Shown here: positions 1 to 9,708 of the stretch, one piece after another
How positions within the stretch are numbered: position 1 is the first letter of the stretch
Layout: the number at the start of each line of letters is the position of its first letter
Source: Candidatus Levyibacteriota bacterium
GTDB lineage: Bacteria > Patescibacteriota > Microgenomatia > Levybacterales > UBA12049
Assembly (NCBI GenBank): GCA_016186645.1
Contig: JACPLF010000005.1
Span: 33,257 to 97,256 of the forward strand
DNA length: 64,000 nt
Direction: 5' to 3'
Translations under genes and position numbers: made by a program
Notes under the pieces: model-generated
Told to the model about the DNA's origin: nothing
Database searches by the model: none
The model's input: only the letters and a program-made list of their open reading frames with translations

Positions 1-1343
1 CTGATCAATTAAATTTTCCAGTTCTTTACGCAATTGGACGAGAAGGAAAAGCCGCAGAAAAATTAGAAGACGTGCAGACAAGCACGACTTTGGATGCGAT
101 CATGCAAACAATTGTAGATTATGTTCCCGCTCCGAGAATTAATGATGGGCCTTTCAAAATGCTTGCAACTGCTTTAGATTTTGATACACACAAAGGCAAG
201 CACGTAATCGGGAAAATAAGATCTGGTAGTTTGGAAAAGGGACAAGCTGTTGTTTTAATCAATTCCAAAAACGAAAAAATTGGAGCTCGAATAGAAAATA
301 TTTTTATCAATCGCGGACTTAAAAAAGATGAAATCGAAAAAGTAATGGCTGGAGAAATAGTAGATATAACAGGAATCGATGGGGCAGCAATTGGGGATAC
401 AATTGCAGACCCAAGTAACCCTGTTGCGCTTCCTAGGATTTCCATAGAAGAACCGACAATCAAAATTGCTATTTTTGCAAATACTTCTCCATTTGCAGGA
501 AAGGAAGGAAAATTTTCCAATTCCAGACAAGTTTATGAAAGATTACTTAAGGAATTGGAAACAAATATTAGCATGAAACTTGAAATGTACGATGATAAAT
601 TTATAATTTCAGGACGGGGAGAATTGCATTTGTCAGTTTTGATTGAAACATTAAGACGTGAAGGCTATGAATTCCAGGTTGAGAAGCCAGAAGTTATTAC
701 AAAAATTGTTAATGGTGTGGAAATGGAACCTGTTGAAGATTTAATAATAGATGTTCCGGATGAATTTCAAGGAATTGTATCAAGGGAGTTAGGAGAGAGA
801 AGGGGACAGATGACAAATATGAATGCCGATGGGAAAGGCAACACAAGATTTGAATACAAAATTCCATCGAAAAATCTTTTGGGACTCCGAAACGTTTTAC
901 TAACCAACACGAAGGGAACAGCTGTAATAAATACTATGTTTGACAAATATGAGCCCCTTACCCCTGCGCTTCCTAAGATTAGGAATGGTGTTTTAATTGC
1001 ATCGGAACCGGGCAAGGCATTGACTTTTGGATTGGAAAACGCGCAGGGAAGAGGCATAACTTTCATAGATCCCGGAACCCCTGTCTACGAAGGGATGATT
1101 GTTGGGCTCAATTCAAGAGGGGATGACATAGAAATAAATGTGGCAAAAGGAAAAAAGATGTCCAACATGAGATCTTCAACTTCAGATATTGCTATTGCAT
1201 TAACGCCTCCTTTGAAAATGAGTCTTGAGCAATATCTGGATTTCCTGGAAGATGATGAGCTTTTGGAAGTTACTCCAAAAAATTTAAGACTTCGAAAAAA
1301 ACTTCTTACCAAACTTGATCGCGTCCGCTCCGCAAGAGTATAA
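1..1343 (+). CDS. typA: GTP-binding protein TypA/BipA, 5' truncated by window edge
   Basis: Frame is open from position 3. The sequence NFPVLYAIGREGKAAEKL...IVDYVPAP matches the BipA region after the G domain. EF-G-like domains III-V are present. Confidence 0.8.
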   Translation, partial: DQLNFPVLYAIGREGKAAEKLEDVQTSTTLDAIMQTIVDYVPAPRINDGPFKMLATALDFDTHKGKHVIGKIRSGSLEKGQAVVLINSKNEKIGARIENIFINRGLKKDEIEKVMAGEIVDITGIDGAAIGDTIADPSNPVALPRISIEEPTIKIAIFANTSPFAGKEGKFSNSRQVYERLLKELETNISMKLEMYDDKFIISGRGELHLSVLIETLRREGYEFQVEKPEVITKIVNGVEMEPVEDLIIDVPDEFQGIVSRELGERRGQMTNMNADGKGNTRFEYKIPSKNLLGLRNVLLTNTKGTAVINTMFDKYEPLTPALPKIRNGVLIASEPGKALTFGLENAQGRGITFIDPGTPVYEGMIVGLNSRGDDIEINVAKGKKMSNMRSSTSDIAIALTPPLKMSLEQYLDFLEDDELLEVTPKNLRLRKKLLTKLDRVRSARV

Positions 1344-1352
1344 TAATCCTGC

Positions 1353-2591
1353 ATGAATTTGGCGTATCGGATGAGACCTCAAAAATTGGAAGGATTTTTT
1401 GGACAGGAACATTTGGTTGGTGTTGATAAAATTCTTCGGAAAATGATTGAGCGAAAAACTCTTTTTTCCATGATTTTATGGGGACCTCCAGGGTCCGGCA
1501 AAACTACTTTGGCTTACATAATTTCCAAAAGTACTAATTCTGACTTCTATTCACTTTCCGCCGTTCAAACTGGAAAAGATGATCTCAGGAAAATTGTAGC
1601 CGCCGCACGAGAAAATCTTAAAAAAAACAAAAGGACTATTCTATTTATTGATGAGATTCACAGATGGAATAAGGCTCAGCAAGACGGGCTTTTACCCCAT
1701 GTTGAGTCCGGGTTAATAACCCTAATAGGCGCAACTACAGAAAATCCTTCTTTTGAAGTTATAAGTCCCCTCTTGTCCCGCTGTAGAGTTTTTGTTCTGA
1801 AAGGGCTTGATGAAAAATGTCTTGAGAAAATTTTGGATACTGCTTTGAGCAACAAAGAAAAAGGTCTGGGGAAATACAAAAAGAAAATTAACAAAGACGC
1901 AAAGGAATTACTAATTAGACTAAGCGGCCAGGATGCAAGAATCATGCTCAATGCTTTGGAAATTTCCGTAACAAATTTTAAAGGAAAAAGCCTGCCTGCC
2001 GGCAGGCAGGAAATTACCGCAGACACAATTAAAGAAGTTTTTCAAACTCGCAGCGCAGGCCTTTACGATAAAAAAGCAGATGAACATTACAATATAATCA
2101 GCGCTTACATAAAATCTATGAGAGGATCTGACCCGGATGCGGCTTTATATTATTTGGCCAGAATGTTGGAAAATGGAGAAGATCCGAAATTTATTGCAAG
2201 ACGCATGATAATATTGGCCTCCGAAGATGTCGGACTTGCTGACAGGGGAGCGCTCATTCAGGCAAATGCTGCGTTTGAGGGAGTAACAAAAATTGGCATG
2301 CCGGAGGCCCAACTCATTTTGGCCCATGCAACGCTGTATTTGGCAACAGCCAAAAAATCTAGAGAAGTCGCCAATGCATTAGGAAGGGCTAAAGAAGCAG
2401 TTTATGAATTTCCCAACGAATCCATTCCTCTTCATCTACGAAACGCCCCGACAAAACTTATGAAAGATTTGGGATATGCAAAAAATTATACCTGGAGCGA
2501 TAAATATGTCGGTCCGAAAAGTAATCTAAGTTTTCTTCCCGAAAGATTAAAAGGCAAAAAATTCTTCCACCCTGAGGAAAATAAAAAATAA
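1353..2591 (+). CDS. rarA: Replication-associated recombination protein A (AAA+ ATPase RarA/MgsA)
   Basis: Walker A motif GPPGSGKTT. MgsA-type C-terminal helical domain. 412 aa. Confidence 0.85.
   Translation: MNLAYRMRPQKLEGFFGQEHLVGVDKILRKMIERKTLFSMILWGPPGSGKTTLAYIISKSTNSDFYSLSAVQTGKDDLRKIVAAARENLKKNKRTILFIDEIHRWNKAQQDGLLPHVESGLITLIGATTENPSFEVISPLLSRCRVFVLKGLDEKCLEKILDTALSNKEKGLGKYKKKINKDAKELLIRLSGQDARIMLNALEISVTNFKGKSLPAGRQEITADTIKEVFQTRSAGLYDKKADEHYNIISAYIKSMRGSDPDAALYYLARMLENGEDPKFIARRMIILASEDVGLADRGALIQANAAFEGVTKIGMPEAQLILAHATLYLATAKKSREVANALGRAKEAVYEFPNESIPLHLRNAPTKLMKDLGYAKNYTWSDKYVGPKSNLSFLPERLKGKKFFHPEENKK
1990..2009. repeat. Perfect 20-bp GC palindrome CCTGCCTGCCGGCAGGCAGG in frame within rarA (read as LPAGRQ)
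   Basis: Self-complementary. Member of the CCTGCC...GGCAGG family. Confidence 0.7.
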
Positions 2592-2594
2592 AGT

Positions 2595-2670
2595 TGGGTG
2601 GCATAACGGACTCGAACCGTCAACCCTCAGGTCCACAACCTGATGCTCTAACCATTGAGCTAATGCCACC
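2595..2670 (-). tRNA. tRNA-His (anticodon GTG)
   Basis: Reverse complement folds as a cloverleaf. Anticodon loop TTGTGGA. Extra 5' G typical of tRNA-His. Confidence 0.75.
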
Positions 2671-2685
2671 ATCTCATTATTCTTG

Positions 2686-2758
2686 TGCGCCCAGAGGGAA
2701 TCGAACCCCCAACCTATTCGTTAGAACCGAAGTGCTCTATCCGTTGAGCTATGGGCGC
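2686..2758 (-). tRNA. tRNA-Arg (anticodon TCT), tentative
   Basis: Acceptor GCGCCCA pairs with TGGGCGC. D-arm AGCTCAACGGATAGAGC. T-arm GGGGG-TTCGATT-CCCTC. Anticodon loop GTTCTAA. Confidence 0.6.
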
Positions 2759-2877
2759 CAAGTCTGACTTGACTGGTACGTGGCGTAAGATTTACGTGCC
2801 GCAATAAATGTATTTTACAGCATTTCTCCTCTCTTTGACAATACTACCATCCTTTACGTATACTACAAATATAGATT

Positions 2878-3867
2878 ATGAAAAATCCCATTATTGATTA
2901 CTTAGCCCATAATCAATTTCTTACTACTCTTATTGTTCTTGCTTTAATCTGGCTTGCAGCGGAATTAAGTGGAATACTAATTATAATTTTTATTTCCTAC
3001 ATTATAATGGCAGCTCTATCTCCATTTGCTGATTTTTTAATTAAAAAACGTATTCCTAGGATTTTGTCTGTATTAATTCCCTATACAACAACAATAGCGG
3101 TTTTAGTTTTACTTATTTTTCCATTAGTTCCTTTCTTTGCATCTCAAATAGAGATTCTTTTCAGTAATTTCCCAATATACATCAACCAGATAGCTAAGAC
3201 TTTTAATCTCGATATTAATGTTTCCAATGTCGATAATGTTTTCCAATCGGATATAAATACTATTGGAAAAAATGCCCTGAGCGTTACTGGCAAAATCTTT
3301 AGCGGAGCTTTCTCTATGCTTGCCGTGTTTGTTATAAGTTTTTATCTGATGCTTCAGCGGGAAATGCTGAAAGAGCAATTTATAGCTTTCTTCCCTAAGA
3401 AGTATCAAGAGAAAGTCCTGAAAACCGTAGCTCAAATTGAAAATAAAATTGGGCTATGGTTACGGGGACAGATGATCCTATCATTTACCATTGGCTTTAG
3501 CACTTGGGCTGGACTTACACTCTTAGGCCTTCCTTTTGCCCTGCCTCTTGGCTTATTAGCCGGAATATTGGAAATTGTGCCTACAATCGGACCTATCATT
3601 TCAGCTGTTCCGGCCATTATTGTCGCTCTAACTATCTCTCCTGGAGTTGCCTTATCCGTAGTGATTTTTTATATTTTACTGCAGATGGTGGAAAACAATA
3701 TTTTGGTACCAAAAATAATGCAAAAAGCTGTCGGGCTGAATCCAATCGTTGTAATTATCGGCGTTTTAATAGGGAGTAAATTTTTAGGAGTTCTAGGAGC
3801 TCTTCTGGCAGTTCCATTCATAGCAATGGTTTTAATTATTGCAAAAAGCTTCAAAAGCTCCAATTAA
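2878..3867 (+). CDS. AI-2E family transporter (PerM/UPF0118 membrane protein)
   Basis: 329 aa polytopic membrane protein. Conserved PTIGPIIS-like region typical of AI-2E transporters. Confidence 0.65.
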   Translation: MKNPIIDYLAHNQFLTTLIVLALIWLAAELSGILIIIFISYIIMAALSPFADFLIKKRIPRILSVLIPYTTTIAVLVLLIFPLVPFFASQIEILFSNFPIYINQIAKTFNLDINVSNVDNVFQSDINTIGKNALSVTGKIFSGAFSMLAVFVISFYLMLQREMLKEQFIAFFPKKYQEKVLKTVAQIENKIGLWLRGQMILSFTIGFSTWAGLTLLGLPFALPLGLLAGILEIVPTIGPIISAVPAIIVALTISPGVALSVVIFYILLQMVENNILVPKIMQKAVGLNPIVVIIGVLIGSKFLGVLGALLAVPFIAMVLIIAKSFKSSN

Positions 3868-3890
3868 ATAGCTTCGAATTGTTCTAAAAA

Positions 3891-3906
3891 ATGCATAAGT
3901 ATGCAT
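3891..3906. promoter_or_regulatory. Perfect dyad ATGCATA-AG-TATGCAT, candidate operator about 90 bp upstream of the arsR-family gene
   Basis: 16-bp inverted repeat. Near-identical copies at 9183-9198 and 16985-17000. Confidence 0.4.
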
Positions 3907-3994
3907 AATAGCAAAAAGAGAATTCGGTAAATAGAGTATAGCATAAACTTTCTGTTAATCTCCCCTTGACTTTAAAATATAAAATGTTTATTAT

Positions 3995-4321
3995 TTGAAC
4001 AGTCCTTCAAATACCATGAGTCAATATAAAAAAATTAAGAAAGAATTAAAAAATAAGAAAGAGCTGGTTGCTTGCGCACAACAACTGGGAGTTGTTGGTG
4101 ATACAACAAGACTCAAGATTTGTTACCTCCTTTGTCATTATCCCGAAGTTTCTGTTGGTGAAATGGCAGAAATCTTGGATACTTCTGTCTCCGTTGTTTC
4201 CCATAGCGTAAAAAAGCTTTTAGAGCTTGAGCTTGTTACTAGAAGAAAAGAGGCACAAACAGTTTATTACTCACTTACCGATAACAACTTTGTCAAAACC
4301 TTGAAAGGTTTTATTGTCTAG
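3995..4321 (+). CDS. ArsR/SmtB family metalloregulator (likely regulator of the downstream mer-like genes)
   Basis: Winged HTH region TRLKICYLL...VGEMAEILDTSVSVVSHSVKKL typical of ArsR family. Confidence 0.8.
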   Translation: MNSPSNTMSQYKKIKKELKNKKELVACAQQLGVVGDTTRLKICYLLCHYPEVSVGEMAEILDTSVSVVSHSVKKLLELELVTRRKEAQTVYYSLTDNNFVKTLKGFIV

Positions 4322-4327
4322 TTAAAT

Positions 4328-4888
4328 ATGAGATATAAAGAATTTTTAATTATAGGTTCAGTTTTACTCGTTGGCTTTGCCTTCTTTTTAAGCAGTAAAT
4401 CAGGTCTAGTATCAAACAATAAACAAGAATCCTCACAGGTTCTTTCTCAAGCTAACCCTTTACCGGCAACGCTTCTTGGCAAACAAGCTACAGACTTTAA
4501 ATTAACTACTCTTGATAATCAAGAATTTAAGTTAAACGATAAGAGGGGTAAAACAATTATTTTATTTGGGATGGCTGGGTGGTGCGGAACCTGCATACCC
4601 GAAGGAAGGGCTTTAACTCAAGTGCGTAAGGTTTATGCAGGTAGAGGAGTAGAAGTTATCGGGGTGGCATTTACCAAAGGAGACAATGAGGATTTCTTAA
4701 AAGAATTTAGGAATCTTGGAACGATTGACATTCCCTTAGCTTTAGACACAGATAACGTTGCTTCTAAATATCAGCTTGTTAAGTTGGAAACAACTTATAT
4801 CATAAATAAGGATGGTGTAATTGTTTACAAAGATGAAGGATTCACCAGTTATGAAGATTACAAAAGAGAATTGGATAAAATCATATGA
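4328..4888 (+). CDS. TlpA/ResA-like thiol-disulfide oxidoreductase (thioredoxin fold, N-terminal membrane anchor)
   Basis: WCGTC active-site motif. N-terminal TM helix. Redoxin fold length. Confidence 0.7.
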   Translation: MRYKEFLIIGSVLLVGFAFFLSSKSGLVSNNKQESSQVLSQANPLPATLLGKQATDFKLTTLDNQEFKLNDKRGKTIILFGMAGWCGTCIPEGRALTQVRKVYAGRGVEVIGVAFTKGDNEDFLKEFRNLGTIDIPLALDTDNVASKYQLVKLETTYIINKDGVIVYKDEGFTSYEDYKRELDKII

Positions 4889-5304
4889 AAGATAAAAAAG
4901 AACATTTAACAGGGATATCAGCAATTTGGGCAGTAATACTAGGGGTACTTTGTCCTTTATGTTTTATAGCACCATTACTTATCGCAGCTGGTTTGGGTTC
5001 AGTATTAGCTTTGGCAGTTCCTTGGTTTAAGCCTCTTCTTATTGTTTCATTAGTTATCGCAGTGGTAGCATTTGTCATTTCATTTAGATTACACAAAAAC
5101 GTATTGCCTCTAATTTCTGCTATTTTAGGCGGAGGTTTAATGTATTATGGTGGATATATCAGATTTGAGCAGAATTTAATTTATCTGGGAGGAATTTTAC
5201 TAATAGCTTCCGTTGGTTTAGATTGGTGGTTTAGAAGGCAAGTCAGAAATTGTTTGACTTGCAGAGTTAATCCCGGACATCATAAAGCAGTCAAGATATT
5301 ATGA
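4885..5304 (+). CDS. Small polytopic membrane protein with CPLC in TM1 and a C-terminal CLTC; MerT-like heavy-metal transporter candidate
   Basis: GVLCPLCFIAPLLIAAGLG resembles the MerT TM1 cysteine-pair region. Paralog follows immediately. 4-bp overlap with flanking genes. Confidence 0.4.
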   Translation: MKDKKEHLTGISAIWAVILGVLCPLCFIAPLLIAAGLGSVLALAVPWFKPLLIVSLVIAVVAFVISFRLHKNVLPLISAILGGGLMYYGGYIRFEQNLIYLGGILLIASVGLDWWFRRQVRNCLTCRVNPGHHKAVKIL

Positions 5305-5687
5305 AATTACTAACTAGGATACAGACAATTCTTTTACCAATACTCGGAGCGGGTGCAGTTGGGGTGTGTCCCTTATGTTGGATAGGTTCTGCCTCACTCT
5401 TAACTTACTTGGGACTCGGAGCAGTTATTCCAATTTGGAGGCAGCTTGCCTTTGGAATGTTATTTATAGCTGGGATAGGTTTTCTTCTAGACTTCCGTAG
5501 CCACAGAAACGTTATACCCCTAACCCTTCTCTTACTCGGCGGAATTCTTCTCTATGTTGGCCGATACATATTCCTAAGCACATGGGGAGCATGGCCAATT
5601 TGGGGAACAGGTGGATTGTTAATCCTTATAGCGGTAATCTACAACAAACAACTATTTAGGAGACAGAAAGATCATGGAACAATATGA
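5301..5687 (+). CDS. Paralogous CPLC membrane protein (MerT-like candidate)
   Basis: GVCPLCWIGSASLL motif in TM1. Same architecture as the preceding ORF. Confidence 0.4.
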   Translation: MKLLTRIQTILLPILGAGAVGVCPLCWIGSASLLTYLGLGAVIPIWRQLAFGMLFIAGIGFLLDFRSHRNVIPLTLLLLGGILLYVGRYIFLSTWGAWPIWGTGGLLILIAVIYNKQLFRRQKDHGTI

Positions 5688-5741
5688 TTTAACCATAATC
5701 GGCGGTGGAGCTGGGGCATTTGCTGTTGTAAATAGTATCGT

Positions 5742-6005
5742 TTGTCAAAGGCACAAAATATTATGATTAAACTAACTATTGTTCATATTAAAGATTGCAC
5801 TTGTTGCGAAAGCGTAATTAAAATCGCAAAGGAGCTCGCAAAGGAAATAAGCATTAAATTACAATTACAGGATTGGAATCAGTCCAAAAATTTAATAGAG
5901 AAAAACAAAATTGTTTCTTCGCCAGCGATTTTTATCAATGATAAGTTCGTTCACGCAGGAGAGCTTAGCAAAGAGGAGTTAAAAGATTTAATTAAAAAAA
6001 CATGA
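5742..6005 (+). CDS. Small thioredoxin-fold protein (Thioredoxin_3 / redox-active disulfide protein 2-like)
   Basis: 87 aa with a CTCC cysteine cluster. Conserved SSPAIFINDKFV...G C-terminal topology. Confidence 0.5.
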   Translation: MSKAQNIMIKLTIVHIKDCTCCESVIKIAKELAKEISIKLQLQDWNQSKNLIEKNKIVSSPAIFINDKFVHAGELSKEELKDLIKKT

Positions 6006-6040
6006 ACCCCGTTAGAAATTAAAAACGGGGCAATAAAATT

Positions 6041-6424
6041 ATGACTATACAAAATAAAATTTCTAACGGGGTGAATAAAACTCAAATTCAAATTTTATAT
6101 TTCCCAGATTGCCCAATTTATAAGGAACTGGAAAAACTTGTTCAAGAAACAATCAAAGAGCTTAAGATTAAAGCAAGTTTAGAATTGGTTAATATTCAGA
6201 CAAAAGAAGATGCCGAAAAATATCACTTTACAGGATCACCAGGACTTCTTATCAATGGAAAGAATATTGACTCATTAGCAAAAGATGCGCCGGTAGTCCT
6301 GAGAAGTTGCAAGATCTACCGAACAGAAGAAGGAATGAAGATGATGCCGACAAAAAAGATGGTTATAGAAGCACTCTTGGAGACAAGGAACAAAAATAAG
6401 TCTGTAGTTAAGGACTGTTGTTAA
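6041..6424 (+). CDS. Thioredoxin-fold protein, single-Cys CPIY variant
   Basis: FPDCPIYKELEKLV...TGSPGLLINGK resembles the preceding small thioredoxin-like protein. Confidence 0.4.
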   Translation: MTIQNKISNGVNKTQIQILYFPDCPIYKELEKLVQETIKELKIKASLELVNIQTKEDAEKYHFTGSPGLLINGKNIDSLAKDAPVVLRSCKIYRTEEGMKMMPTKKMVIEALLETRNKNKSVVKDCC

Positions 6425-6425
6425 T

Positions 6426-7565
6426 ATGGATAATGCAATTAAAAAAGATCGTTTTGGCCCTGAGTATGTGGTTAAAGTATATGATCCAAAGCTGGGGATG
6501 GAAGGGTTTTTGGTCATTGATAATACTGCTTTGGGTTCTGGTAAAGGCGGGATTAGGATGACTACCAATGTAAACGAAAAAGAGGTGAGACGACTTGCTC
6601 GTACAATGACTTGGAAAAATGCCCTAGCGGATATTCCTTTTGGTGGGGCAAAAGCGGGAATTATTTGGCCCGGAGGATCGGAAGAATTAAAAAAGCAATA
6701 CATTCAAAGTTTTGCTCGGTTAATCAAGATATTTACTCCTAAAAAATACATTGCCGGACCTGATGTCAATACCGGCGAGAAAGAAATGGCTTGGTTTGTG
6801 GAAGCAACAGGCGACTGGCGTTCGGCAACGGGGAAGCCTGCTGATTTGTGCATGAAAATTTTTGGCAAGCTCGGTGAGAAATGTGGCATTCCTCACGAAT
6901 TTGGCAGTACCGGATTTGGGGTGGCACATGCAGCAGTCGTTGCCCTACAGCTGCTTAATCTCGATATTAAAAAGTCTACTGTTGCTATTCATGGTTTTGG
7001 AAATGTGGGAACTTTCACCTATAAGTATTTGGCCTCAATGGGCGCTCGGATTGTGGCTCTTACCGATAGTAGTGGAGCAATTTACGACAAGGGTGGTTTT
7101 GAAAATAAAACAGTTGAGCGGTGGATTGAGGAGAGAAGGAAGCTTAAAGATTACCCATCGGGTGATAAAATTGATCCTTTGGATTTTTGGGGCTTGCCGG
7201 TGGATGTTCTAATCCCTGCCTCTGTGACAGATGTCATCAACAAGAGTAATAAAGATAGCATCAAAGCAAAAATAATTGTAGAGGCAGCCAATATTCCAAT
7301 GAGCGAAGACATTGAAAACGAACTTTTCAAAAGAGGGATTCTAATTATCCCCGACTTTATCGCCAATGCAGGCGGTGTTATCTCCTCATATGCAGAGTAT
7401 CGGGGATACAATCCAAAAAAGATGTTTGAACTGGTTGAGAAAAAGATCAAAAGAAATGTTAAACTGGTTTTAGAAGAAAGTATAAAAAAACATCGGAATT
7501 CTCGTGTCGTCGCGTTAGCATTAGCAAAATCAAGGATTATAAAAGAAATGAATAGGTCAAGGTAA
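6426..7565 (+). CDS. Glu/Leu/Phe/Val dehydrogenase family protein (size suggests Leu/Val-type)
   Basis: GGAKAG motif. GFGNVG NAD-binding motif. 379 aa. Confidence 0.75.
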   Translation: MDNAIKKDRFGPEYVVKVYDPKLGMEGFLVIDNTALGSGKGGIRMTTNVNEKEVRRLARTMTWKNALADIPFGGAKAGIIWPGGSEELKKQYIQSFARLIKIFTPKKYIAGPDVNTGEKEMAWFVEATGDWRSATGKPADLCMKIFGKLGEKCGIPHEFGSTGFGVAHAAVVALQLLNLDIKKSTVAIHGFGNVGTFTYKYLASMGARIVALTDSSGAIYDKGGFENKTVERWIEERRKLKDYPSGDKIDPLDFWGLPVDVLIPASVTDVINKSNKDSIKAKIIVEAANIPMSEDIENELFKRGILIIPDFIANAGGVISSYAEYRGYNPKKMFELVEKKIKRNVKLVLEESIKKHRNSRVVALALAKSRIIKEMNRSR

Positions 7566-7569
7566 AAAT

Positions 7570-9000
7570 ATGGAAGAATATGACTTGATTATTATCGGTG
7601 GAGGAGCGGGATCGTTTGCGGCTGCTATCAAGGCTAATGAGCTTGGCGCTAAAACCTTACTAATTAACAAAGTGTTACCGCTAGGCGGAACTTGCGTTAA
7701 TGTTGGCTGTGTTCCTTCTAAAACGCTTTTGTGGGCAGGAGAAGTGATGCACCTTGCCAAAAACCATAATATTCCGGGGATTGATATAGAAGTTAAAAAC
7801 TTTAATTTTGGCCAAGTCGTTCAGCATGAACTTGATCTAGTAGCAAAGTTAAGAGCTGAAAAATATGAGAAAGTCTTAAATGGTTTAGAAAATGTTACCC
7901 ACATAGAAGGTAGAGCTAGTTTTGTTTCCCCTAATGAAATTGAGGTTAATCCTTCGGCAAACTCAGGACAGGGTGGACAGAAATACACTTCTAAGAAATT
8001 TGTTATTGCCGCCGGATCAACAACTACAGTTCCACCGATTGAAGGTATTAAAGAGGTAGGATTTATAACTCATATTGAAGCCTTAAAATTTAAAGAACAG
8101 CCAAAAGAACTTATTATAGTTGGTGCAGGCCCTTTAGGCTTGGAATTTGCTCAAATGTATTCCAGATTTGGAACTAAAGTAACTATACTGCATAGAGGAT
8201 CATCTATTTTTCGGGGAGAAGAAGAACTAATCGCAAGACTTGCAGAAATACTAACACAAGAGGGAATTACTATTAAATTGAATGCTCGGGTAAAAAAGGC
8301 TTACAAAGAGGGAAATAAGAAAGTCTTAGTTTATAAGGAAGGAGACTTGTCCGCCGAAGCTTTAGCGAAGGCGGATGAAATACTACTCGCAACAGGTAAA
8401 ACTCCAAATACTCAAGAACTTAATCTTAACAAAGCAGGAGTAAATGTTGACGAAAAGCAAGCTATTAAAGTGACTTCGCAACTTCAAACTTCTCAACCAC
8501 ACATTTATGCAGTAGGTGATGTAATAAACTTACCTATAAGACAAGAACCAACAGCAGGCAGAGAAGGAACACTTGCTACAGAGAACGCCTTAAGTAATGC
8601 GCAAAATAGCATTGACTATAATACTGTTCCCTGGACTATCTTTACTGACCCGCAGCTTGCAGGAGTAGGGTTTACTGAAGAAGAGCAAATGAAAAGGTTC
8701 GACACTTGTATGTGTAAAACAGTATCGTTTAAAGATATTCCCAAAGCCATAATCATCAATCGAACCGAAGGACTGATTAAAATGGCAATTCATCCTGAAA
8801 CTAAACAGATTATGGGAGTGCATATCTTAGCTCCCAATGCAGGGGAACTAATTGCTCAAGCGATGGTACTTGTTAAAAATAAGAACACCATTGATGACGT
8901 CATAAATTCCTTACCGATGTTTCCCACACTCTCAGAAGCAATAAAAATTGTGGCCTTATCCTTCACTAAAGATATATCCAAGTTGAGCTGTTGTGTATAA
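7570..9000 (+). CDS. merA: Mercuric reductase MerA core (no NmerA domain)
   Basis: FAD site GGGAGS. Redox-active GGTCVNVGCVPSK. C-terminal vicinal cysteines ...KLSCCV, characteristic of MerA and distinguishing it from Lpd and glutathione reductase. Confidence 0.8.
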   Translation: MEEYDLIIIGGGAGSFAAAIKANELGAKTLLINKVLPLGGTCVNVGCVPSKTLLWAGEVMHLAKNHNIPGIDIEVKNFNFGQVVQHELDLVAKLRAEKYEKVLNGLENVTHIEGRASFVSPNEIEVNPSANSGQGGQKYTSKKFVIAAGSTTTVPPIEGIKEVGFITHIEALKFKEQPKELIIVGAGPLGLEFAQMYSRFGTKVTILHRGSSIFRGEEELIARLAEILTQEGITIKLNARVKKAYKEGNKKVLVYKEGDLSAEALAKADEILLATGKTPNTQELNLNKAGVNVDEKQAIKVTSQLQTSQPHIYAVGDVINLPIRQEPTAGREGTLATENALSNAQNSIDYNTVPWTIFTDPQLAGVGFTEEEQMKRFDTCMCKTVSFKDIPKAIIINRTEGLIKMAIHPETKQIMGVHILAPNAGELIAQAMVLVKNKNTIDDVINSLPMFPTLSEAIKIVALSFTKDISKLSCCV

Positions 9001-9215
9001 AAAATGACCTGTTCGTAACCTGTGTCGTAACCTGGAAGGTTGAACAGCTTCGCATCCTCCATATCCTCAAGAAAATCTGTATGGAGCTCCTGACGTGATC
9101 TTAGCCAGACTGCCAGAATTTTTCAAATTGTTCCATGAGAACGCTCTAACCTCTGATTTTATCTACTGTCTAGGCCTAAAAAATGTATAAGTATGCATAT
9201 CAGATTTTGGAACTT

Positions 9216-9674
9216 TTAGCTACCGAATTCACCCCTAGTTAAAATTATACCTTCAACAGTTTTTATTCTGTTAAAATCAGCTAACGGTAAAGTTTTTATC
9301 CATTTTCTACTAAAACCAAACTCTCTAAAGGTCGCGTCTGAGCCAATATGGATTTTTTGATCAGAATTAAGATCGTGAACGTATATCCAATCTAAATTAT
9401 CACTTGAATTAATTAACTTAAAGTTTTTATCATGGAAGGTTGGATCATAAATAGATTTCCAGTGTCTTATTTTTCTCTCATATTGTAATTTTCTGGCATA
9501 CTCAGATAGAATCTTAATTCCTCCAATTCCTGCAAGAATCGCACCAATACCAAGGCTAAAATTATAAAAAATTTGAGAGTAATTTATAATATTTTGAGAA
9601 GAAAATATTTGCATAATAAGTATTAAAATTAATAGATATAGCAATATTATTTCAATGACTGCTCTATATGTCAT
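9216..9674 (-). CDS. Hypothetical membrane-anchored protein
   Basis: N-terminal TM helices. No recognisable motif. Confidence 0.3.
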   Translation of the reverse strand: MTYRAVIEIILLYLLILILIMQIFSSQNIINYSQIFYNFSLGIGAILAGIGGIKILSEYARKLQYERKIRHWKSIYDPTFHDKNFKLINSSDNLDWIYVHDLNSDQKIHIGSDATFREFGFSRKWIKTLPLADFNRIKTVEGIILTRGEFGS

Positions 9675-9708
9675 GCATGCACAAGTCTATTTTAAGTTGC
9701 ATTTTTGC

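Noticed and set aside
119-1354. Several 89-133 aa minus-strand ORFs inside typA, plus similar antisense ORFs inside copA, PBP1A, recG and pheT
   Set aside because: They are fully nested antisense to conserved, motif-bearing genes in a low-GC genome where stop codons on the opposite strand are depleted by codon bias. None has a recognisable motif.
8856-9062. 68-aa minus-strand ORF overlapping the 3' end of merA
   Set aside because: It is antisense to a well-supported gene with no conserved motif. It probably exists only because the repeated leader-like element at 9084-9199 supplies an AGGAG upstream.
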